Source: a virus
Taxonomy: Duplodnaviria > Caudoviricetes
Reading direction: 5' to 3' (one strand)
DNA: 38,461 nt
IMG/VR virus record: IMGVR_UViG_3300033485_000043
Location: 1-38,461 of that record
The position numbers and the translations under genes were made by a program. Below the pieces are notes generated by a model, which searched no databases, was not told the origin of the DNA, and saw nothing but the letters and a program-made list of their open reading frames with translations. Numbering within the stretch: the first letter of the stretch is position 1; every line of letters begins with the position of its first letter. Below are positions 27,871 through 35,004 of this stretch, piece after piece.

Positions 27871-28848
27871 TCATAATTTTGCGGCGGCTTCTTCCAGGTG
27901 TGATGAGGATAGATGTGCATAAATTTCAGTTGTACGGCTATCTTGATGGCCGAGCAGCTTGCCCACGGTATAAAGGGGCACCCCCTTCATCACCAGCCAG
28001 GAGCCGTAGGTGTGGCGCAGATCATGGAGCCTGCAGGCGAGGCCAGCGGCGGCCGCGGTGCGCTGGAAATGGTGCGTGACGCTATCCGGCTGCCAGGGCC
28101 AGAGACGGCCCACGTCCTGATTGAGTTCCGCCAGAATTACCCGGAGGTGGTCATTTAAAATAATGGCCTTGGGTTTGCCATTTTTAGTGCGTCCGAGGTT
28201 AATGCGGTTGAGGGGCCACTTGATGTCCTGGGCGGTGATTCGTAGACTTTCGGAACGCCGGGCGCCGCCATAGACCTGAAATTGCCAGAAGAGGCGAAAG
28301 CGGGGGTCGGGCTCGGCTTCCAGAAGACGATCAAACTCCGCCTCGGTCAGAAACCGGGGAAAATCCTCTTGGGTAGTAAGCTGCTTAATCCCCCGGCAAG
28401 GATTAGCCTTGAGATAACCCCAGGCCACGGCGGTTCCAAGGGCGGCCTTGAAGTGCCGGAACCAGGTGTTAGCTGAGGTCGGGCTGACCGTTAATTTTCC
28501 CATGGCTTGTTCTATCTGCTTGCGGGTGATTTTGGTGAGCAGGGTGTCATCGCCCAGGGCCCGGCGGAAAACCCGGAAGGCCTGGCGGTCGGTCTGGCAG
28601 GTCATGGGCCGGGCGGTCTTGAAACGATGTTCCTCATACTCTTCCCAGAAATCCACCAGGCATTTGGGGGGCGGGCCGCCCTCCAGGGCAGTGACCTTGC
28701 CCTCCAGATACTCTTTCCGGGCGCGGCGGAATAGGCGCTGGGCCAGAGCCTTATCCTTGGTGCCCAGGCTTTTGCGGTCAATCCGGGAATAATGGACGTA
28801 CCAAACACCGTTTTTGTGCTGGCGAAGGTTGACCATGCAGAGGTTCAT
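27871..28848 (-). CDS. int: Tyrosine integrase
   Basis: GARRSE, TKNGK, HDLRHTYGS, LLGH, TTEIYAH catalytic motifs. Confidence 0.96.
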   Translation of the reverse strand: MNLCMVNLRQHKNGVWYVHYSRIDRKSLGTKDKALAQRLFRRARKEYLEGKVTALEGGPPPKCLVDFWEEYEEHRFKTARPMTCQTDRQAFRVFRRALGDDTLLTKITRKQIEQAMGKLTVSPTSANTWFRHFKAALGTAVAWGYLKANPCRGIKQLTTQEDFPRFLTEAEFDRLLEAEPDPRFRLFWQFQVYGGARRSESLRITAQDIKWPLNRINLGRTKNGKPKAIILNDHLRVILAELNQDVGRLWPWQPDSVTHHFQRTAAAAGLACRLHDLRHTYGSWLVMKGVPLYTVGKLLGHQDSRTTEIYAHLSSSHLEEAAAKL

Positions 28849-28879
28849 ACCGCGCTTTCTCCGGGGGTGTCAATACCCC

Positions 28880-29128
28880 TCACAACCCATGCCTCCGTTT
28901 CACTTTCTGCCAGTGGAGCTCTTCCGGGCTGGGGCCGGGCCGGTCGGCCTCCAGGGGCGGCAGGCGGTATTTCCAGCGCGGCTGTTTCTCGCCTCCGCTT
29001 ATATTGAACCGCTCCAATATGCCCCGCTCCACCATCCGGGCCAGGGTGTGCCGGTCCTTGATACGCAAGGCGTTCATGGCCTCCTGGGGGGTTAAAAGGT
29101 CTGGGATCGGGGTTGGAGCCGGGGTCAA
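28880..29128 (-). CDS. Excisionase-like HTH protein
   Basis: LLTPQEAMNALRI..TLARMVERG; directly upstream of int. Confidence 0.75.
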   Translation of the reverse strand: MTPAPTPIPDLLTPQEAMNALRIKDRHTLARMVERGILERFNISGGEKQPRWKYRLPPLEADRPGPSPEELHWQKVKRRHGL

Positions 29129-29140
29129 TGGGTTAGTCCT

Positions 29141-29608
29141 CTATTTCAGATAAGGCAATAAGGCCGGCATTTCCCGGGTGAGGTAGGCCTGCTCGATCTG
29201 GTCCTTCATCCATTCGCCCACGGTTTCGCCCGACGGCAGCATGATGAACGGCTGCAAGGCTTCCTCCAGGGTGGTGATCCCCGACTCCGCGGCTTCAAGG
29301 ACCGCTTTGATCCACAACGCCAGAGCTCGCCAGCGTTGCCGGGTCGCCTGTTCCCAGGCCGTTTCTGCCGCCTGGGGGGAGCGGAGCTTGCCGCGGTCGG
29401 GGGTATGTGTGAACTCCCGGGCAGTCTTGGCAGGTAGGGGCATAACCATACGGTATGCCTTTCCAGCCATTTCAAAAGTGATCATGGCCCGGTTGGTAGC
29501 TCCGTCCCAGCCATAGGCGAAACCTCGACAGCCATAGCGAATCAAGGTGCGCTGAATTTCCGTTATGGATTTATCGGATGACACTTGGGTTTGGGCGGCA
29601 TATTTCAT
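29141..29608 (-). CDS. Hypothetical phage protein
   Basis: YAAQTQVSSDKS..EI..L.RYG, RQRWRALALWIKAVLEA pattern; RBS. Confidence 0.8.
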   Translation of the reverse strand: MKYAAQTQVSSDKSITEIQRTLIRYGCRGFAYGWDGATNRAMITFEMAGKAYRMVMPLPAKTAREFTHTPDRGKLRSPQAAETAWEQATRQRWRALALWIKAVLEAAESGITTLEEALQPFIMLPSGETVGEWMKDQIEQAYLTREMPALLPYLK

Positions 29609-29615
29609 AAAGTCC

Positions 29616-29702
29616 TCACGGGTTCATGTTAGCCAACAACCACGCCGCCGCCACGATTGTTAAGAGAAGAATCCAGATAGTCCAGAGGGCGAGGCGGTTC
29701 AT
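29616..29702 (-). CDS. 28-aa membrane peptide
   Basis: MNRLALWTIWILLLTIVAAAWLLANMNP; ATGA coupling. Confidence 0.5.
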   Translation of the reverse strand: MNRLALWTIWILLLTIVAAAWLLANMNP

Positions 29703-29902
29703 GGGTTTCTCCATTTTCCATATTTTTCCCAAGGTAGAATTATCTGTACTGATGCTCTACTTCCAGTACTCGGATAATTATCCATAAGAAAAGTACGAAC
29801 TCCTCTGATTTTAATAATTTTTAATGGAAGACGTTTTCTTTTATATTTCGTTTCTTTGCGAAACCAAAACCATTCAAAAAATAGTTTAAAGAGGCAGGTC
29901 AT
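29699..29902 (-). CDS. Hypothetical basic protein
   Basis: Likely ATG start at 29902 overlapping the upstream stop; AT-rich. Confidence 0.5.
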   Translation of the reverse strand: MTCLFKLFFEWFWFRKETKYKRKRLPLKIIKIRGVRTFLMDNYPSTGSRASVQIILPWEKYGKWRNP

Positions 29903-30558
29903 TTGGGGGTCCCCAGGGTGGCTTTGAGGCGGTCTAAGGCATCGCATCTTCGACGATACCAGATATTTACATTAGTAAGACCGGACTCAGGATATGTTTG
30001 ACAAGCTATTTTCACATCATCTCTACGCACCAGCACCGTCTCCGGGCCTGGGGTAATCTCCTTGGCGGGGGTGAGGAAGGATTGTGCTTTCCCAACAATG
30101 CAATTACCTTTATGTCCATATCCCCATTCGCAATCACATATCTTACAGAAGTTAATGTTTGGAATTCCTGCACCATCAGACACTTCTGCTAAACTAGCAG
30201 TTTCCATCAATAACCTCTTCGCCTCCTCCAACCTATGCTGCTGTTGTGCAGTTTTCCAACGCAATTCTAAAACCTCTTTGGCTAAATCATTCCGTTGTTG
30301 AAGGATGGTCTTTTTTAGATTGGGGGAAAGACTATCCTCCTCCAATCTCACCTTCAAGTCAGCATACTTTTCAACCCATTCGTCTTTTAGTTCGGTCATA
30401 GTGGCGAGTTGTCGCTTTAACTCGTCTCGTTCGGCGGCGAGGGCAGCGAGTTGGTTAAATACATCTAAAGTTTTCTTTATGTTATAAGCGTTGCATTGTT
30501 GACACTGCAAAATCAGTTTTCCTTCTGCTTTACAAAAGAAACATTTGTCGTTCATCAC
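29899..30558 (-). CDS. Hypothetical protein (CxxC motifs plus coiled coil)
   Basis: CFFC..CQQC N-terminus, CKICDC..H..C. Confidence 0.7.
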   Translation of the reverse strand: MMNDKCFFCKAEGKLILQCQQCNAYNIKKTLDVFNQLAALAAERDELKRQLATMTELKDEWVEKYADLKVRLEEDSLSPNLKKTILQQRNDLAKEVLELRWKTAQQQHRLEEAKRLLMETASLAEVSDGAGIPNINFCKICDCEWGYGHKGNCIVGKAQSFLTPAKEITPGPETVLVRRDDVKIACQTYPESGLTNVNIWYRRRCDALDRLKATLGTPK

Positions 30559-30604
30559 TTCTCCTCTCCTATTGTCTTGAAATCAGGATTATTAATAAGT
30601 TCCT

Positions 30605-31015
30605 CTATTTTTTTCCGTTGTGGATGTTGTGCTTTACTGGCCACGCCGCCTCTGCCGCCAACAGTATGGCTTCGAATAGGTTGTCGGCCTCAATCCAATC
30701 GGTTACAAGATAGTTGCACATAGTTTCTCTAAACTTGGCTGCTACCTTAATCATTCCACTTGTGGATAAAAAAGTGACATAAAGTCTACTCCACCCCAAC
30801 TCTTTCATCCTCTTAATGACCATCTCAATCTGCCAAGCGGGTGCGTCGGGGGAGTCGGGTGCCCAGTCATCGACATAACAAACTAAACCGTGTTCATTAA
30901 AATACCCACTAACCTCTTTTCCTGAGCCAATCAAAACCATTTGGTCTTGCTTGAACCACCCCATCAAATCGACCGCACTCCACTTGCGCAACTCTTGGCG
31001 TTCTTCCTTGTTCAT
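30605..31015 (-). CDS. Hypothetical protein
   Basis: GGAGG RBS; LMGW..WAP..AW.VIKRM..AILLAA pattern. Confidence 0.7.
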   Translation of the reverse strand: MNKEERQELRKWSAVDLMGWFKQDQMVLIGSGKEVSGYFNEHGLVCYVDDWAPDSPDAPAWQIEMVIKRMKELGWSRLYVTFLSTSGMIKVAAKFRETMCNYLVTDWIEADNLFEAILLAAEAAWPVKHNIHNGKK

Positions 31016-31021
31016 AATTCT

Positions 31022-31222
31022 TCACCCTCCCAAGGGCGGCGGCAAGAGACATCTTTTTCTAAGCCCGCGAAAAGGTCTCACAACCTTACGCCCGTCCTGT
31101 CGTTGGATTAGCACATTGCGCGGCCCTTTCCCATTCCACCTAATTAAAACCACAACGGGCTTCCCGCGCTCAAAGTACGTTTTGCCGATCATGCGTCTGT
31201 CCTTCCCAGAGGCGGCACTCAC
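31022..31222 (-). CDS. Hypothetical basic protein
   Basis: GPRNVLIQRQDGRKVVRPFRGLR; coupled to neighbours. Confidence 0.6.
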   Translation of the reverse strand: MSAASGKDRRMIGKTYFERGKPVVVLIRWNGKGPRNVLIQRQDGRKVVRPFRGLRKRCLLPPPLGG

Positions 31223-31437
31223 CAGATTTCCCCATGCGAACTGGGGAACAGTTTAACCCTATGCGGATCATGGCAGTCGCAATAGGCGATTATCTCAGGA
31301 TTTGCCATGTCGCCGTTGAAGTCTGGTTCAGCTTCGGGGCACCCGCACTCTTCAAACCAGTCGTAATCAATGGTGAAAATTCCCTGATGGGTTCCTGACA
31401 CTTCCACGGTCGAACCGTTTTCACTGGTAAATTTCAT
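31219..31437 (-). CDS. Hypothetical Cys-containing protein
   Basis: GGAGG RBS; ECGC, YCDCH. Confidence 0.6.
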   Translation of the reverse strand: MKFTSENGSTVEVSGTHQGIFTIDYDWFEECGCPEAEPDFNGDMANPEIIAYCDCHDPHRVKLFPSSHGEIW

Positions 31438-31475
31438 TCACCCTCCCAGGGGCGGGGCCGGGGGTTGGGGGTTGG

Positions 31476-31697
31476 TCATGGTTGCCAGAGGTAAAGCGCC
31501 GCGGCCGCCAGGAGAATGCAGGCCAGGGCGGCCAGGTAGTCAAGGATGGTTTGCCGGGTGCGGCGGCGGTCCGCCGGGGTGCTGAGATATTCCCGGTTGA
31601 AGTCCCGGAGATAAAGGGCGAGGATAGAAGCCCGTTTTTGGTTTTTGGTTTTTGGTTTTTCGTAAAAGTCAGGCAATGCCGGGGTTAATCGCTTCAT
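31476..31697 (-). CDS. Hypothetical protein with C-terminal TM
   Basis: AAGGAG RBS; contains heptamer repeat coding KPKTKNQK. Confidence 0.6.
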   Translation of the reverse strand: MKRLTPALPDFYEKPKTKNQKRASILALYLRDFNREYLSTPADRRRTRQTILDYLAALACILLAAAALYLWQP

Positions 31698-31750
31698 AAT
31701 CTTGCTCCTTTGTCTTTCCCAAACCTAAAACCTAAAACCCAGAACCTGCC

Positions 31751-31921
31751 CTAACTAATCCTCGCTTGCAGGTAGTGGCCACCCAGACCACGGGCGATGC
31801 GGCGGGCCTGGCGGCCGTCCAGTTCCATAATCAGGGCGGTGCGGATCTCCAAGACCCGGCGCCGCATCCCGGTCCAGGTGGTGCGCATGACATAATAGGT
31901 CTTGCGGATGGGGTGCGCCAT
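31751..31921 (-). CDS. Small basic hypothetical protein (56 aa)
   Basis: AGGAGG RBS before ATG at 31921. Confidence 0.6.
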   Translation of the reverse strand: MAHPIRKTYYVMRTTWTGMRRRVLEIRTALIMELDGRQARRIARGLGGHYLQARIS

Positions 31922-31992
31922 GGGGCCTCCTGAGAAGATGGTTTCAGGTTTCAGGTTCCAGGTGCCAGTTGTGGGCCAAAGCGGGGGCATGG

Positions 31993-32169
31993 TTAATCCC
32001 TCGGGTCGGCCAGGGAGCCCGGGCGGTAGCCGTCCGCCGCCGGGGCGCCAGGAGGTACGGAACTATTCGGGGGAGGCGGGCCTGGCGGCCGCCCCCGGGC
32101 GATGACAAATGAGGCGCAGAGCAGCCAGCCCGCCAGAAAACCGAGGATGGCCCCGGCGTAAAAGGTCAC
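31993..32169 (-). CDS. Small membrane protein, Pro-rich tail
   Basis: GGAGG RBS before GTG at 32169; FYAGAILGFLAGWLLCASFVIA. Confidence 0.55.
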   Translation of the reverse strand: MTFYAGAILGFLAGWLLCASFVIARGRPPGPPPPNSSVPPGAPAADGYRPGSLADPRD

Positions 32170-32381
32170 GGGTCCACCTCCGGGGCCCCGGGCGATGACA
32201 AATTGGGCGCAGAGGAGCCAACCCGTTTGTCTATATCCAATACCCGGAGCAAATCCTGGGTAAGTATATGGATTCTGTCTATGCCTTCCAGGAGCCTCAT
32301 TCCTAAGCGCCAACTCAAGAATGCAGCAACGGCCAGGCTCACACTTCCGATTGCGAATAAAGCGGAATTATAAAGGTCCAT
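32166..32381 (-). CDS. Small membrane protein
   Basis: N-terminal TM; GTGA coupling to next gene. Confidence 0.5.
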   Translation of the reverse strand: MDLYNSALFAIGSVSLAVAAFLSWRLGMRLLEGIDRIHILTQDLLRVLDIDKRVGSSAPNLSSPGAPEVDP

Positions 32382-32480
32382 GGTTTTTCTCTATGGAGTC
32401 CATTAAGGTTATCCTCCTTCCGGCCCCCGGGGTGTGCGCCCAATGGGGCCGGTTCTGGTTAATGGATCATCAGGTTGTAA

Positions 32481-32667
32481 AAGCCTTGCCTTGCCGCGGC
32501 ACGCCGGGCCAACCCCCGCCTCGCCTGCCGTGTCTTGCATCGCCTAGCCGGGCCCCGCCCTGCACCGCCACGCCAGGCCCTGCCTCGCCTGCCTTGCCGG
32601 ACCGCGCCTTGCCCCGCCAAGGCTGGCCTGGTCACGCCATGTCATGCCCGCCGTGACAAACCCAGCT
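32481..32667 (-). repeat. GGC-NN pentamer array 2 (candidate guide-RNA array)
   Basis: Strict 5-nt periodicity with 4-nt GGCA/GGCG phase breaks at 32649-52, 32590-93, 32526-29. Confidence 0.9.
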
Positions 32668-33150
32668 CTACGCGGCTTTGGCCTGAGCCGCTTTGTATTT
32701 CCGCGGCCGCGGGGCGGCCTTTTTCCTAACCACCTTTTGCATTTCGGCAAAGACGCCGGCGAGTTCCTTCAGGTTCTCATATCGGGCCATGAAGGCTTGC
32801 ATGTCCACCGTGGCCTCAGCCAGCAGCGCCTGGCGCAAATCGCCGTCGGCCAGGACCTCCACCATGGCCCGATAGCCGCGGTCATTATAGCGGTCGTCCT
32901 TGAGTGAGACAAAGGCCCGGCATTTGGTTTGCGGTTCCATGGTTATTTGGATGACCGCGACCCGGATAATCTGCCGGGCCTGCTGCAAACGCCAGGCGTG
33001 CGCCGCCTCGGTATCGTCCCAGGTGAAGGCCGCATGCAGGGCCGTGGTAGGGTTTTGAGCGAAAGCCACCACGTCTTCCGGGCGCAGCATTCCCCCGCTT
33101 TGGGCCATGATTTGGTGCAATTCATCCCAATACTTGGCTTTTCTTGACAT
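32668..33150 (-). CDS. Hypothetical protein between the two pentamer arrays
   Basis: AAGGAG RBS; GMLRPEDVVAFAQNPTTALHAAFTWDDTEAAHAWRLQQARQIIR. Confidence 0.85.
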   Translation of the reverse strand: MSRKAKYWDELHQIMAQSGGMLRPEDVVAFAQNPTTALHAAFTWDDTEAAHAWRLQQARQIIRVAVIQITMEPQTKCRAFVSLKDDRYNDRGYRAMVEVLADGDLRQALLAEATVDMQAFMARYENLKELAGVFAEMQKVVRKKAAPRPRKYKAAQAKAA

Positions 33151-33169
33151 AAAATCTCCTTAAAGTTGA

Positions 33170-33392
33170 TTGCCGGCCGTGTCTTGCCAGGCCCAGCCGC
33201 GCCGCGCTCTGTCATGCCTCGCCTTGCCATGCCTGCCGTGCCCTGCCGGGCCAAGCATAGCCCCGCTTGGCCCCGCCGCGCTGTGCCCCGCCATGCCTGC
33301 CGTGTCTTGCCCGGCCAAGCCCCCCCACGCCGCGCATAGCCTGGCCGTGGCAGGCCTCGCCTGCCGCGCCCCGCCTAGCCAGGAGGAAGGCC
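33170..33392 (-). repeat. GGC-NN pentamer array 1 (candidate guide-RNA array)
   Basis: 5-nt periodicity with phase breaks at 33362-65, 33298-301, 33234-37, 33175-78 (64/64/59-nt units). Confidence 0.9.
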
Positions 33393-34076
33393 TTAGGCTG
33401 CGGTTTTAACAAAATCCTCCAAAGGCATCCCTTCCAGCCGGAAGGTGCCCCAACCCATGCCGACGCTGCTGCGGGAATCGGGCCGGCCCTCTCCCAAACC
33501 CACCTGCAGGCCCACACGCACCATGAGATTGCTCACGTCTTTGAGGGAGAATTGATCGGCGTCGAAGGTGATCCGCACCTTAGCTTCCCAGCCCTCATCC
33601 CACATGGCCCGGGCGCGAATATCCATAGTGTTCTGAATCCGTACCGGGTGCTCCACATAATGGGGTTCGCCTTTGCTGATCTTGACAAGAGGTTGGCTGT
33701 CATTTTTATCAAAGCCGTCGGCCTGGATGAAAATTGAGAGTTTGGCCAGGGTCATTTTGAAACCTACCAGGCGGCAGGCCGAAACCATGGCGCTCCGGAA
33801 GGCCCCGGCGGGAATGCCGTACCAGCCTTCCCGGGAAACGTGCTTGCTCTGCTCATAACAGAGTTGGAAGTCTTTGGGCTCCCGCTTTTGTCCCTTCTTG
33901 GCCTGGGACCCGGCCTGTTGTTTGGCCTTGATCTCCTCGGCGGCTTTTTGGGAAAACGCCTGCTGCACATACGGCGCCGTTCCAATGATGGTAAATTCGG
34001 CGATTGACAACCTGGGAGGAGCAATAACTACCTGCGTCCTCGGCAATGTTTCCACGGATTTCTCTTTCTTGGCCAT
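33393..34076 (-). CDS. Stand-alone RAMP/Cas7-like RNA-binding protein (Vipr-like)
   Basis: N-terminal strand EFTIIGTAP, GIPAGAFRSAM (cf. RAMP IPGSSLKG), C-terminal Gly-rich loop GLQVGLGEGRP..GMGWGTF. Confidence 0.75.
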   Translation of the reverse strand: MAKKEKSVETLPRTQVVIAPPRLSIAEFTIIGTAPYVQQAFSQKAAEEIKAKQQAGSQAKKGQKREPKDFQLCYEQSKHVSREGWYGIPAGAFRSAMVSACRLVGFKMTLAKLSIFIQADGFDKNDSQPLVKISKGEPHYVEHPVRIQNTMDIRARAMWDEGWEAKVRITFDADQFSLKDVSNLMVRVGLQVGLGEGRPDSRSSVGMGWGTFRLEGMPLEDFVKTAA

Positions 34077-34251
34077 TTTCGGTTCTTCCTTTCTTTATGG
34101 AGATGCCCGGTTAAAGCCTGGGCTCGGCTTTCTCCCCCTGGCCCTTGCCCTGGTCTCCTTCAACTACAGGTGCGTGGAGGGTCCGGGCCGCCCCGCCGGC
34201 TTCGCTGATGCTGGTAGACCGGCCGGCGGGGGTGGGGTGATTGATGAATCT

Positions 34252-34303
34252 CTTATACCATGCGGTATTTCAGAATAGCAAGAAAAAAAATGCCAGGCGG
34301 AAT
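34252..34303 (-). promoter_or_regulatory. PL-like promoter with two operators
   Basis: TTGCTA-N18-TATAAG with extended TG; operators ATACCATGCGGTAT (34255-68) and ATGCCAGGCGGAAT (34290-303). Confidence 0.7.
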
Positions 34304-34339
34304 ATTTTTATGCAAAAAAAATTGAGGGAGAAGGAAGGG

Positions 34340-34648
34340 CTATTCGTTTATGGTCATTTTACCAATTTCAGATAGGAGGGCCTGGAACTTCTCCTGGGGG
34401 GAATTATAAATATTGAAAAGGCGGGATAAATCTATTCCCAGGCCCAGGGCAAGCGCCAGGATGGTTTTGAGCGGCAAGTTTTCACCCCGGTCACCGCTGA
34501 GGTATCGGCTTATGGTGCCCTGTTCCATCCCGCACATTAGCCCTACCTGTTCTTGGGTGAGGCCCAATTCCCTTATTTTATCCAGGATCGCCTTGATTAC
34601 TGCCGCATAATACTCCTGGACCTTCGCGTTAATGTCATCGGGTTCCAT
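34340..34648 (-). CDS. CI-like XRE HTH repressor (start probably 34648; ORF track extends to 34726)
   Basis: LGLTQEQVGLMCGMEQGTISRYLSG..LPLKTILALALGLG HTH; divergent from cro. Confidence 0.85.
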   Translation of the reverse strand: MEPDDINAKVQEYYAAVIKAILDKIRELGLTQEQVGLMCGMEQGTISRYLSGDRGENLPLKTILALALGLGIDLSRLFNIYNSPQEKFQALLSEIGKMTINE

Positions 34649-34682
34649 GAATTCAATATGACATGGGGCCCCAAAAATATTT

Positions 34683-34734
34683 AATCCGGACGGTATAAAT
34701 TTATCTTGATTTTCAATATTCCGCATGGTATGAA
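34683..34734 (+). promoter_or_regulatory. PR-like promoter with two operators
   Basis: TTGATT-N17-TATGAA with extended TG; operators at 34718-31 (rc ATACCATGCGGAAT) and 34683-96. Confidence 0.7.
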
Positions 34735-34740
34735 GCCTTC

Positions 34741-34941
34741 ATGAGCATGGACTTGAAAAAATATCTGGCCGAGGAAAATATCTCTCCTTCCGCCTGGGCT
34801 AAAAAGGTTGGCATTCCGCAGCCGGTGATAAGCAGGTTTCTGGCTGGGAAACGCGGCCTTTCTTTGGATACGGCCCTACTCATCCAGAAAGCTACCGGCG
34901 GCAAGGTTCGGGTCGAAGATTTGAGCAATGGCACCCCCTGA
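34741..34941 (+). CDS. Cro-like HTH protein
   Basis: LKKYL..ISPSAWAKKVGIPQPVISRFLAGKR..IQKATGGKVRVEDL. Confidence 0.88.
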   Translation: MSMDLKKYLAEENISPSAWAKKVGIPQPVISRFLAGKRGLSLDTALLIQKATGGKVRVEDLSNGTP

Positions 34942-35004
34942 CTCCAAGCATAGACGGCGGCCCTTATGATATCTGTCCAAATATGTTGACCTCTTAGACA
35001 GGAG

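Noticed and set aside
32481-33392. Canonical CRISPR array
   Set aside because: No 23-50-nt identical repeats separated by unique spacers; constancy is interleaved at 5-nt scale; no cas1/cas2
32321-33737. ORF-track proteins spanning the pentamer arrays (e.g. 32321-32656, 32943-33254, 33170-33409, 33212-33517)
   Set aside because: Low-complexity A/R/G/P/C translations without RBS that overlap real genes; a by-product of stop-poor GC repeats
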